Assembly: GCF_039541115.1 (NCBI RefSeq)
Contig: NZ_BAABFP010000005.1
Span: forward strand, 682,001 to 746,000
Origin: Angustibacter luteus
GTDB taxonomy: Bacteria; Actinomycetota; Actinomycetes; Actinomycetales; Angustibacteraceae
Reading direction: 5' to 3'
Length of the DNA stretch: 64,000 bases
Shown piece after piece: positions 30,637-39,618 of this stretch (position 1 is its first letter; every line of letters starts with the position of its first letter). The notes beneath the pieces were generated by a model. That model worked only from the letters and a program-made list of their open reading frames with translations, had not been told where the DNA came from and ran no database searches. The translations under genes were made by a program, and so were the position numbers.

Positions 30637-31824
30637 ATGGGCGGCGGGCACCCCTACGACGGGCGACCCGCGACCACTTCCGCCTATCCGAACGGGTCGG
30701 CCCTGACCGACCACCGCGACGAGGCCGTGGTGGTTGGCGGCGGCTTCTACGGCCTACGGGTAGCCCTGTTCCTGCGTCAGCGGCTCGGCTTCCGGCACGT
30801 GCGCGTGTTCGAGATGCTGGACTCGGTCATGGAACGGGCCAGCTACGTCAACCAGGCCCGCGTCCACAACGGCTACCACTACCCGCGGAGCATCCTCACC
30901 GCCTACCGCTCACGGGTGAACTTCCCCGGCTTCGTGGACGAGTACCGGGACGCCGTCGTCGACGACTTCGACCACTACTACGCCATCGCTCGCGCTCACT
31001 CCAAGGTGAACGCCCGTCAGTTCGAGCTGTTCTGCACCCGGATCGGCGCGGCCTGGCGCCCGGCGCCGACGCCGATCGCGGCGATGTTCCACCCCGGTCG
31101 CATCGAGCGCAGCTACGCCGTCCGCGAGCCCGCCTTCGATGCACGGGTCCTGCGCGAGCTGCTGCTCGACCGGATCTCGCGGGCCGGCGGCATCGACATC
31201 AGCCTGGGCGACGAGGTGAGCTCGATCGCGGCTCTCCCGGACGGCCGAGTGCTGCTCGAGGCCAGCAGTGGCAGCTACACCGCCGACCGCGTCGTCGGAG
31301 CGGGCTACTCCCGGATCAACGTCCTGCACCGTTCGTCGCACCTCGAGCAGGTGGCGCTGCAGCACGAGATCAGCGAGATGGCGCTGGTCGAGCTGCCACC
31401 GGCGCTGCGCGGACTGGGTCTGACGGTGATGGATGGCCCGTTCTTCTCCGTGATGCCCTTCCCGAGTCGAGGCCTGCACACGCTCTCGCACGTTCGCTTC
31501 ACCCCGCGCTACCGGTGGCGGGACGGCAGCGGGCAGCCCGCACTCGACCCCCAGGCCGTGTTCTCGATGGCAGACCGGACCTCCGGCTTCACCGGGATGC
31601 GGGCCGATGTCATCCGGTACGTTCCTGCGCTGGCTGCCATGCGGCAGGTGGACTCCCTGCGAGAGGTGAAGACGGTGCTGGCCAAGAGCGACCTCGACGA
31701 CAGCAGGCCGATCCTCTACCGGCCCGACCACGGCATCGCGAACTACACCTGCATCATGGGCGGCAAGCTGGACAACATCTACGACGTCCTCTCCGAGCTG
31801 GAGCACGACAGTGTCAGTGCGTAG
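30637..31824 (+). CDS. FAD-dependent oxidoreductase (DAO-like)
   Basis: VVGGGFYG dinucleotide fold, ASYVNQARVHNGYHYPRS, terminal GGKLD; GGAGG RBS (start 30631 or 30637). Confidence 0.82.
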   Translation: MGGGHPYDGRPATTSAYPNGSALTDHRDEAVVVGGGFYGLRVALFLRQRLGFRHVRVFEMLDSVMERASYVNQARVHNGYHYPRSILTAYRSRVNFPGFVDEYRDAVVDDFDHYYAIARAHSKVNARQFELFCTRIGAAWRPAPTPIAAMFHPGRIERSYAVREPAFDARVLRELLLDRISRAGGIDISLGDEVSSIAALPDGRVLLEASSGSYTADRVVGAGYSRINVLHRSSHLEQVALQHEISEMALVELPPALRGLGLTVMDGPFFSVMPFPSRGLHTLSHVRFTPRYRWRDGSGQPALDPQAVFSMADRTSGFTGMRADVIRYVPALAAMRQVDSLREVKTVLAKSDLDDSRPILYRPDHGIANYTCIMGGKLDNIYDVLSELEHDSVSA

Positions 31825-32803
31825 CCCCGTCGAGGGGAAGGTCGACGCGTTCGTCTCGGTCATCGCCGTCCTGGACGACGAGGTGCGTGACCCGGTGGCG
31901 TTCCTCGCATCGCTGCATGAGGTGGTGCAGGCCAACTACACCAACTACGAGGTGGTCGCGGTCCTCAACGGCTTGTCGGCCGAGCGCATCCCGCAGATCC
32001 GCGCGCTGCTGTCGACCCTCCCGTGCATCCGGGTGCTGAGGCTGTCGCGCTCGTTCGGGGTGGACACCGCCATCTTCGCGGGGCTGGAGTCCGCCATCGG
32101 GGACTACGTCGTGAACCTGACCCCCGAGATCGACCCCGTGACGGTGGTGGTCGATCTGGTGACCCTGGCCATGCAGGGCAACGACGTCATCCAGGGCATC
32201 AGCACCACGCGGGTCGCCGGCAGCTGGCCCCGGCGGGCCGTCCGGCACTACTTCCTCGCCTACAACCGTCGGTACCTGCACGTCGAGATCCCCGAGCAGG
32301 AGACCTACCTCGTCTGCCTGACCCGACGGGCGATGAACTCGCTGGCGAACGCCTCGCGCAGCCAGCGATACCTGCGGCACCTGATTCGGCACATCGGCTA
32401 CCGACTGACCGACTACACGTACGCGACGGCGGACGCCTCGCACCGGGCTCGCTCGATCCGCAACGACGTCATCAAGGGCGCCGAGATGATCACGAGCTAC
32501 TCCTCGCACCCCCTGAGGTTCGTGACGTTCATCGGGGTCCTGGCCGGTCTGGCGAACCTCCTGTACGCCGTCTACGTCGTCGGGCTACGCCTCTTCCGGT
32601 CCGACATCGCCGCGGGCTGGACCACGACGTCCCTGCAGCTGTCAGCCATGTTCTTCGTCTTCTCGCTGATCCTGGCCGTGCAGGCCGAGTACATCGGACG
32701 CGTCCTGGCGGAGACCCGCAAGGAGCCGGCGTACTTCATCATGGAAGAGCTCGAGAGCGACACCCTCATCGCCGACCTCGACCGCCGCAACCTGAGCAGC
32801 TGA
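31811..32803 (+). CDS. GtrB-like GT2 protein with two C-terminal TM helices and a degenerate DXD
   Basis: LSRSFG..AIFAGL..GDYVV, GWTT, EYIGR..E..EPAY as in GtrB/YkoT. Confidence 0.8.
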   Translation: MSVRSPVEGKVDAFVSVIAVLDDEVRDPVAFLASLHEVVQANYTNYEVVAVLNGLSAERIPQIRALLSTLPCIRVLRLSRSFGVDTAIFAGLESAIGDYVVNLTPEIDPVTVVVDLVTLAMQGNDVIQGISTTRVAGSWPRRAVRHYFLAYNRRYLHVEIPEQETYLVCLTRRAMNSLANASRSQRYLRHLIRHIGYRLTDYTYATADASHRARSIRNDVIKGAEMITSYSSHPLRFVTFIGVLAGLANLLYAVYVVGLRLFRSDIAAGWTTTSLQLSAMFFVFSLILAVQAEYIGRVLAETRKEPAYFIMEELESDTLIADLDRRNLSS

Positions 32804-32814
32804 GAGGACCAGCG

Positions 32815-33642
32815 TTGACCACCGCACTCCCGCTCCCCGGTCAGGTGCCCACGTACCGGGCCGACGTCCTCGCTCCGCGCGCGCACCGCTACTGCGTCGT
32901 CGTGTTCGTCATCAACGAGGGCGAGAAGATCCGGCAGCAGCTCACCCGCATGGTCCCGCTCACGGAGCAGGTGGACGTGGTCGTGGCGGACGGCGGGAGC
33001 ACCGACGGTTCGCTGGACCTGCCCTACCTCGGCGAGCAGCGGGTGCGCGCCCTGCTGACCAAGACGGGGCCCGGCAAGCTGAGCGCGCAGATGCGGATGG
33101 CCTTCGCCTGGGCCTTGGGCGAGGGCTACGAGGGCGTCGTGGTGATCGACGGGAACGGCAAGGACGGCGTGGAGGCCGTGCCTGAGTTCGTGCGGCTGCT
33201 GGATCAGGGGTACGACCACATCCAGGGGTCTCGCTTCATCCCGGGCGGGCAGGCGGTCAACACGCCGCTGGTCCGGCTCGTGTCCGTCCGGTTGCTGCAC
33301 GCCCCCGCCATCAGCCTGGCCGCGGGACGCCGGCACACCGACACGACCAACGGCTTCCGGGCCTACAGCTCCCGACTCCTGACGGACCCCGAGGTGGCGG
33401 TGTTCCGCGACGTGTTCGTCACCTACGAGCTGCACTACCACCTGGCCGTCGAGGCATCGCGCCTGCCGCGGTTCAGGGCGGTGGAGACGCCCGTGAGCCG
33501 CACCTACCCGCCGCACGGGAAGACCCCGACCAAGATCAGCCCGGTCAGGGGCAATGCGCACGTGCTCGGTGTGCTGTTCAAGGCGGTCACCGGCCGCTAC
33601 CGGTACCGGCCGACGGCCGCGGCGACGGACCAGCCGCGATGA
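32815..33642 (+). CDS. Soluble GT2 (polyprenol-phosphate glycosyltransferase-like)
   Basis: TTG after GAGGA; NEG, ADGGSTDGS, IDGNGKD, QGSRF, TDTTNGFRAYS. Confidence 0.85.
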   Translation: MTTALPLPGQVPTYRADVLAPRAHRYCVVVFVINEGEKIRQQLTRMVPLTEQVDVVVADGGSTDGSLDLPYLGEQRVRALLTKTGPGKLSAQMRMAFAWALGEGYEGVVVIDGNGKDGVEAVPEFVRLLDQGYDHIQGSRFIPGGQAVNTPLVRLVSVRLLHAPAISLAAGRRHTDTTNGFRAYSSRLLTDPEVAVFRDVFVTYELHYHLAVEASRLPRFRAVETPVSRTYPPHGKTPTKISPVRGNAHVLGVLFKAVTGRYRYRPTAAATDQPR

Positions 33643-34418
33643 GCGGCACGGGCGACGCCCTGGTGGGGTGGACCGGCTTCGTCGGCGGCAACCTCTCCCG
33701 TCAGCACGACTTCGCCCACCGCTACGCCTCGGCCACGGCACCCGAGATGGCGGGACACCGTTTCGATCGCGTGGTGTTCTCCGCGGCGCGGGCGGAGAAG
33801 TGGCGCATCAACCAGGACCCCGTGACCGACCGGGCGCACATCGAGGACCTCAAGCGCATCCTGTCGTCGTTCAGGGCAGAGCGGCTCGTGCTCGTCTCCA
33901 CCGTCGACGTCTACGCGAAGCCCGTCGGAGTGGACGAGACCACGCCGCTGCCGGCGCCAGGGCTCCACCCCTACGGCGCGCACCGGTTCGAGCTCGAGGA
34001 GTTCGCCCGCAGCCGCTTCGACAACGTGCTCGTCGTCCGCCTACCCGGCCTGTTCGGGCCCGGGATCAAGAAGAACGTGATCTTCGACCTGCTGACCGGC
34101 AACAACCTGTCGGCGATAGACCACCGGGGCAGCTTCCAGTACTACGACCTGAGGCGCCTGTGGGCGGACATCGGCGTCGCGCTGGATGCCGGGTTCCCCC
34201 TGGTGAACTTCGCCACCGAACCCGTCACGACGGGGAAGGTCGCCCAGGAGTGCTTCGACCTGGACTTCCGCAACGAGCCGCCGGGCTCGTCCCCGGGCAC
34301 GTACGACGTCCGGTCGGTGCACGCCGACGCCTTCGGAGGCCACGGCGGCTACCTGCAGTCGGCGGACCAGGTGCTGGCGGACCTGCGGTCCTTCGTCCTC
34401 GATGAGCGGAGCCGCTAA
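33639..34418 (+). CDS. NAD-dependent epimerase/dehydratase (atypical SDR)
   Basis: GWTGFVG, STVDVY, PYGAHR, RLPGLFG; ATGA coupling. Confidence 0.82.
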   Translation: MSGTGDALVGWTGFVGGNLSRQHDFAHRYASATAPEMAGHRFDRVVFSAARAEKWRINQDPVTDRAHIEDLKRILSSFRAERLVLVSTVDVYAKPVGVDETTPLPAPGLHPYGAHRFELEEFARSRFDNVLVVRLPGLFGPGIKKNVIFDLLTGNNLSAIDHRGSFQYYDLRRLWADIGVALDAGFPLVNFATEPVTTGKVAQECFDLDFRNEPPGSSPGTYDVRSVHADAFGGHGGYLQSADQVLADLRSFVLDERSR

Positions 34419-35239
34419 TGGCGCTCGCCGTCTCGAACATCGCCTGGGAGGCGGCCGAGGAACCGATCGTGGCGGCCGAGCTCGCTCGGCTGGGCGTCCA
34501 GGCCGTCGAGGTCGCGCCGACCAAGGTGTTCGCGGACCCGCTGCGGGTGTCGGACGCGGAGGTCGCCGGCTACCGGCAGTTCTGGGCCGATCACGGCGTC
34601 CGCGTGGTGGCGTTCCAGTCGATGCTCTTCGGTCATCCCGAGCTGACCGTCTTCGACGGGGCGCAGACGCGCGCTGCCACGACGGCCCACCTGGTCGGGT
34701 TCCTCGACCTCGCGGAACGGCTGGACGCCGGCGTGCTGGTCTTCGGGTCGCCGCGCAACCGACGGGTCCCCGACGCGATGACGGCGGAGCAGGTCGACGA
34801 CATCGCTGTCGCGTTCTTCAGCGACCTGGGTCGGGAGGCGGCCGAGCGCGGCGTCCTGCTGTGCATCGAGCCCAACCCACCTGCCTACGACTGCAACTTC
34901 GTGACGACTGCGGGCGAGGGTGCGGCGCTGGTCGCCGCCGTCGACTCCCCCGGCTTCGGGTTGCACCTGGACGCGGCGGGCATGACGCTGGCCGGGGACG
35001 ACGTCCACGCAGCGATCACCGCAGCGCCCGGTCTGCGGCACTTCCACGTCAGCGCACCCCAGCTGGGTGAGCCGGAGGAGGACGTCGTGGACCACGCGTC
35101 AGCCGCACGCGCGCTGGGTGAGGTCGGCTACGCCCACCACGTGTCCATCGAGATGCGCTCCGTGCCCGGCGGGGACACCGTGGACCGGGTGGCGCGCGCC
35201 GTGGGTCTGGCGCGCCGGCACTACGGTGCGCTGGTCTGA
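34418..35239 (+). CDS. Sugar phosphate isomerase/epimerase (xylose isomerase-like TIM barrel)
   Basis: Metal ligands in IEPN, HLD, HFH, SIE; TAATG coupling. Confidence 0.82.
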   Translation: MALAVSNIAWEAAEEPIVAAELARLGVQAVEVAPTKVFADPLRVSDAEVAGYRQFWADHGVRVVAFQSMLFGHPELTVFDGAQTRAATTAHLVGFLDLAERLDAGVLVFGSPRNRRVPDAMTAEQVDDIAVAFFSDLGREAAERGVLLCIEPNPPAYDCNFVTTAGEGAALVAAVDSPGFGLHLDAAGMTLAGDDVHAAITAAPGLRHFHVSAPQLGEPEEDVVDHASAARALGEVGYAHHVSIEMRSVPGGDTVDRVARAVGLARRHYGALV

Positions 35240-35649
35240 GCCGCGCCGTACATCGAGCGCCGGGCCACGAAGTTCCAGACGTAGACGACCGCGGTCGCCA
35301 GGGCCTTGGACCACAGGTAGAACAGCCCCAGCCGGTCGGTGAGCAGCCACATCAGCCCGTCCAGCAGGAAGAGCCCAACCAGGCCGATGGCTGCGAAGAG
35401 CAGGAAGCGAGCACCAGCGTGGACGATCTTCGGCGACGAGAACACGTAGCGCTCGCTGAGCACGTAGGTGACGACCAACCCGCAGAGGAAGCCGGCCGTG
35501 GCCCCGACCAGGTGGTTGACTCCGAGCCCGCTGGTGAGGGCGACGAGTACGCCGACGTCAACGAGCAGGCCGACCGCAGCCACCCCGAAGTAGTCGCGGA
35601 CCTGCCGCACGACGTCGCTGTGGCGCTGGAGCACGGCCGGCACGCTCAC
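35221..35649 (-). CDS. GtrA family flippase
   Basis: Four TM helices, YFGVAAVGLLVD, SERYVF, SKALA...WNF; GTGA overlap with the upstream gene. Confidence 0.87.
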   Translation of the reverse strand: MSVPAVLQRHSDVVRQVRDYFGVAAVGLLVDVGVLVALTSGLGVNHLVGATAGFLCGLVVTYVLSERYVFSSPKIVHAGARFLLFAAIGLVGLFLLDGLMWLLTDRLGLFYLWSKALATAVVYVWNFVARRSMYGAAQTSAP

Positions 35650-37181
35650 GCCGCGCAGCGGTAGAGGCCGATGCCGGCCGCCCGCTCGATCGGCGCGCAG
35701 CTGATGCCAGCCTGCTGCAACGGGACCAGCAGGTCGTCCTTGGCGGGCCGCGGACCGCTCAGCAGGCAGCCACTGCCCTCGCGGCGGAAGTAGTCCACGG
35801 CCCGCGCCTGGTAGGCCGGCATGTTGTCGCGGACCTGCTGCAGCCACGATTGCGACCCCAGCCCCGAGCGCGTGGGCACCAGGCCCTCGAGCTCGATCCC
35901 GAGTCGGTCCCTGGCGACGTACATCTGCGCAGCAGGCTGGTAGCTGTAGGCCGTGTAGGTGGCGCTGCAGGCCGCATCCCCGGCCGCCAGGACCCGGCCG
36001 ACCTCCTCCTGCCGGCGCGCCGCACCGTAGAAGGCCACGCCGAGCACCCCCGCGACGGAGGCGGCCACCAGACCGACGGCCAGCAGTCGCACGACCGTGG
36101 ACCGGTTGGTCCAGCCCGCCACGGCCTGCTGGAGCGTGCTCACCGCCGACCCGAGCGCGAGTCCGATGGCCGGCGTCACGAACAGCACGTGCCGTGGCTT
36201 GCTGAACGGTGACAGGCCCAGGACCGTGGCGACGGCCATCGCCGCCATCGCGGCCACCAGCACCAGGTAGGGGTACCAGGCTTCGGCGTCCCGGCGCCGC
36301 CCCACCACGGCACCGGCCGCCACCACGACGAGCACCGCGGTGCCGAAGAGCAGGAACAGGGGCTTGCCCGTGGGGGCGTAGATGCTGAGGACGCCGTTCA
36401 CCAACGCACCGAGACCCACGCTGTCGTACACCGGCAGTGACAGCTGGTAGACCGCAGCCGGCTTCACGACCAGGAGGTAGGACAGCAGGAACACGGCGAG
36501 GTACCCGCCGCCCAGCAGGACCAGGGGCAGGCGGGCTCGCACCAGCGCCGGGCGGTCGGCCACCCACGAGATGAGCACCGCGGTGGCGCCCACCGACGCG
36601 GTCGCGATCACCGCCGTGTTCGAGAAGGGCAGCGCCAGCACCGACACCGCGAAGAACCAGCCGAGTGCTCGCGTCGAGAAGCGCTCGCGCACCAGCGTCA
36701 CGCCCGTGGCCAGGATGAGCGCGCCCGCGGCGTACTCGAACGCGTAGTGCTTGAACATTCCCGCTTCCCAGACCACCCACATCGCCAGGCCCCCGGCGAG
36801 CACCGCACACAGTCGCCCGAGTGCGGTCTCGATCATGCGGGCCGCCCGGCGCAGGGCGAGGATGCCCACCACGAAGGCGATCAGGCTGGGCAGCCGCAGG
36901 ACGATCTCGTTCAGCCCGAACGCGTCGACGAGCAGCTTGTCCAGCACGTACACGCCGTACGGCATGGTCTGCTCGAACAAGGCCATCGGCTGCCCCGGGG
37001 CCAGCCAGCCCTGCCCGGCCACGGCCTGGTAGACCATCGCCTCGTCGAACCAGAAGTTGCGGTTGGTGACCTCGATGGTCACCACCAGGAGCACGACGAA
37101 GGCGCCGAGGCCGATGTCCGTCCAGCGCTCCCACCGCCGCCGCGTCGGCGGTTCCTGCGGTCGACGAGCGCGGTTGAGCAT
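35646..37181 (-). CDS. Polytopic membrane protein, probable GT-C glycosyltransferase
   Basis: FWFDE motif after the first TM, LRLPS, FKHY, about 12 TM, C-terminal extracytoplasmic domain. Confidence 0.72.
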   Translation of the reverse strand: MLNRARRPQEPPTRRRWERWTDIGLGAFVVLLVVTIEVTNRNFWFDEAMVYQAVAGQGWLAPGQPMALFEQTMPYGVYVLDKLLVDAFGLNEIVLRLPSLIAFVVGILALRRAARMIETALGRLCAVLAGGLAMWVVWEAGMFKHYAFEYAAGALILATGVTLVRERFSTRALGWFFAVSVLALPFSNTAVIATASVGATAVLISWVADRPALVRARLPLVLLGGGYLAVFLLSYLLVVKPAAVYQLSLPVYDSVGLGALVNGVLSIYAPTGKPLFLLFGTAVLVVVAAGAVVGRRRDAEAWYPYLVLVAAMAAMAVATVLGLSPFSKPRHVLFVTPAIGLALGSAVSTLQQAVAGWTNRSTVVRLLAVGLVAASVAGVLGVAFYGAARRQEEVGRVLAAGDAACSATYTAYSYQPAAQMYVARDRLGIELEGLVPTRSGLGSQSWLQQVRDNMPAYQARAVDYFRREGSGCLLSGPRPAKDDLLVPLQQAGISCAPIERAAGIGLYRCAA

Positions 37182-37233
37182 GGCGCGATCCTAGGCGATG
37201 GCCGGTGGTCGCCGGACCGCAATCGGCAGACGC

Positions 37234-37267
37234 AAGAGGCCCCGACCCCGTGCGGGATCAGGGCCTC
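37234..37267 (-). terminator. Terminator of the sigma factor gene
   Basis: GAGGCCCTGATCCCG-ca-CGGGGTCGGGGCCTC-TT on the minus strand. Confidence 0.72.
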
Positions 37268-37279
37268 CTACTCGTGCGA

Positions 37280-38851
37280 TCAGTCCAGGTAGTCGCGCAG
37301 CACCTGGCTGCGGCTGGGGTGGCGCAGCTTGCTCATCGTCTTGGACTCGATCTGGCGGATCCGCTCACGCGTGACGCCGTAGACCTTGCCGATCTCGTCC
37401 AGCGTCTTCGGCTGACCGTCGGTGAGCCCGAAACGCATGGACACCACGCCGGCCTCGCGCTCGGACAGGGTGTCCAGCACGGAGTGCAGCTGCTCCTGGA
37501 GCAGGGTGAAGCTCACCGCGTCCGCCGGCACGACCGCCTCGGAGTCCTCGATCAGGTCACCGAACTCGCTGTCGCCGTCCTCGCCCAGCGGGGTGTGCAG
37601 CGAGATGGGCTCGCGGCCGTACTTCTGCACCTCGACGACCTTCTCGGGGGTCATGTCGAGCTCCTTGGCGAGCTCCTCCGGAGTGGGCTCGCGGCCCAGG
37701 TCCTGAAGCATCTGCCGCTGCACGCGGGCGAGCTTGTTGATGACCTCGACCATGTGCACCGGGATCCGGATGGTGCGCGCCTGGTCCGCCATGGCCCGGG
37801 TGATCGCCTGCCGGATCCACCAGGTGGCGTACGTCGAGAACTTGTAGCCCTTGGTGTAGTCGAACTTCTCGACCGCGCGGATCAGACCCAGGTTGCCCTC
37901 CTGGATGAGGTCCAGGAAGAGCATGCCGCGGCCGGTGTAGCGCTTGGCGAGCGAGACGACCAGTCGCAGGTTGGCCTCGAGCAGGTGGTTCTTGGCCTTC
38001 TTGCCGTCCTGGGCGATCCACCACAGCTCGCGCTTGAACTTCGGCTCGATCTTGGCGCCGGAGTTCAGCCGCTCCTCGGCGAACAGGCCGGCCTCGATGC
38101 GCTTGGCGAGCTCGACCTCCTGCTCGGCGTTCAGCAGGGCGACCTTGCCGATCTGCTTGAGGTAGTCCTTGACCGGGTCGGCGGTGGCGCCGGCGGTCGC
38201 GACCTGCTGGGCGGGCGCGTCGTCGTCGTCGTCCGTGATGACGAAGCCGGTCTCCTCGACGTCCTCGGCCGCCTCGCCCTCAGCTGGCTCGGCCGGTGTC
38301 TCGCCGTCTTCGGCCGCGGGAGCTGCCTCGTCGCCGGCGGCCGGCGCGGCGGCAGCCTGCTTCGCCGCGGTCTTCTTGGCCGGAGCGGCCTTCTTCGCCG
38401 TGGCCGCCTTGGTCGCGGGGCGCGCAGCGGCACTCGTCGCTGCCTCGGCTGCGTCGGGCGTCGCCTTCTTGGCGGCCGCCTTCTTCGCCGGAGCAGCCGC
38501 GGACTTGGCCGCAGGCTTCGCAGCCTCCGTCGACTTGGCGGCGGCCTTCTTCGCGGGGGCCTTCGTCGTGGCGGATGCCGAGGTGGAAGCACGCTTGGTC
38601 GCCGTGGCGGCGACTGCACGACTGGGTGCAGCCTCCAGGTGCACCGCGACGCCCTGCTCGTCGAGCGTGCGCAGCACGGCCTTCATCCTCTTCAGTGGGA
38701 GGTCAGCCTCCTCCAGCGCGTGCTTGACGGAACCGGCGTCCACGAAACCGTTGGTACGGCCGAGGCGCAGGAGGTCCTGCAGAGCGGGATGGGTGAACTC
38801 GGCCGGAAGTGACTCGGCAGAGCTGGACCGGGCGGTCGGAACCGACGACAC
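37280..38851 (-). CDS. sigA: Principal RNA polymerase sigma factor (SigA/HrdB)
   Basis: [44 protein letters not shown]; Ala/Lys-rich N-terminus; GAAAGG RBS. Confidence 0.95.
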   Translation of the reverse strand: MSSVPTARSSSAESLPAEFTHPALQDLLRLGRTNGFVDAGSVKHALEEADLPLKRMKAVLRTLDEQGVAVHLEAAPSRAVAATATKRASTSASATTKAPAKKAAAKSTEAAKPAAKSAAAPAKKAAAKKATPDAAEAATSAAARPATKAATAKKAAPAKKTAAKQAAAAPAAGDEAAPAAEDGETPAEPAEGEAAEDVEETGFVITDDDDDAPAQQVATAGATADPVKDYLKQIGKVALLNAEQEVELAKRIEAGLFAEERLNSGAKIEPKFKRELWWIAQDGKKAKNHLLEANLRLVVSLAKRYTGRGMLFLDLIQEGNLGLIRAVEKFDYTKGYKFSTYATWWIRQAITRAMADQARTIRIPVHMVEVINKLARVQRQMLQDLGREPTPEELAKELDMTPEKVVEVQKYGREPISLHTPLGEDGDSEFGDLIEDSEAVVPADAVSFTLLQEQLHSVLDTLSEREAGVVSMRFGLTDGQPKTLDEIGKVYGVTRERIRQIESKTMSKLRHPSRSQVLRDYLD

Positions 38852-38996
38852 GGACAACCTTTCGTCGCGGATGATCGGGTGGGCGCGGGGGTGGTTCAGT
38901 GGAAACGGCGGACGGGCAATCCAACCGGTAACCCGCACAACGCGTGGAACCGGCCAATAATGCCCGGGCCGCGAGATTGACTCCCCCGGCCGGACT

Positions 38997-39022
38997 CAAC
39001 AGCCCATTGTGTCATGCGTTCC
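38997..39022 (-). promoter_or_regulatory. Candidate ECF (SigE/SigH-type) promoter upstream of sigA
   Basis: GGAAC-N17-GTTG, overlapping a CACAAT -10-like hexamer. Confidence 0.4.
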
Positions 39023-39083
39023 CGCAGACGGGCGGTACCGGTTCACGGACGGCGGTGCGTCGTGGTGCTGGGAGCACCCAGCG

Positions 39084-39485
39084 TCACGCATCCGCCTTGA
39101 CGGCGAGCACGGGGCACGGCGCATCCAGCAGGATGCGCTGCGCGTTGGATCCCAGGATGAGCTTGCCCACCGGGGTCCGCCGCCGCAGGCCGATCACGAT
39201 GAAGTCGGCGCCGATCTCCGTCGCCACCGCGATCAGGTCCTCGGCGGGCTCGAGGCCGCGCACCAGCTGGCGGACCTCGTGGTCGATGCCGGCCTCGGCC
39301 AACTCACGCTGCACGGCCGCCAGCTCGGCCTCGTACCGCACCGCGTCGTCCGAGGCGAGGTCCTTGCCCCCACGGTTCGAATTGATCACCACCAACCGGG
39401 TGGACCGCAGCTTCGCTTCCTCCGCCGCCCGCCGCAGAGCGGCCTTACCCTCGTTGGTCGGGACGAAGCCCACCACGATCGCCAT
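39084..39485 (-). CDS. Universal stress protein
   Basis: IVVG, IVIGLRRR..GKLILGSNAQRIL..APCPVL; GAGGAGG RBS. Confidence 0.92.
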   Translation of the reverse strand: MAIVVGFVPTNEGKAALRRAAEEAKLRSTRLVVINSNRGGKDLASDDAVRYEAELAAVQRELAEAGIDHEVRQLVRGLEPAEDLIAVATEIGADFIVIGLRRRTPVGKLILGSNAQRILLDAPCPVLAVKADA

Positions 39486-39618
39486 CGATCCTCCTCGCTG
39501 CACACCGCCCGCGCGCCCGTCGGACGGGGACGACCGTACCGGAACTGACCGCGCTGCGACGATCCGTAGGCTGGGCACGAGCTCGCCCCCGCGCCGACGC
39601 CCCTGGATGAGGTTCACC

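Noticed and set aside
32023..32814. Extension of the second GT2 (539-aa ORF); similar extensions on livH, ald, scpA, metX, ecsC and gtrA
   Set aside because: Out-of-frame overlaps with real upstream genes; RBS-supported starts lie downstream.
38300..38620. Histone-like AKK repeats in SigA
   Set aside because: A normal low-complexity feature of actinobacterial principal sigma factors.
38944..39618. N-terminal extension of the 772-aa ORF
   Set aside because: It overlaps the USP gene antisense; homology starts at ATG 39619.
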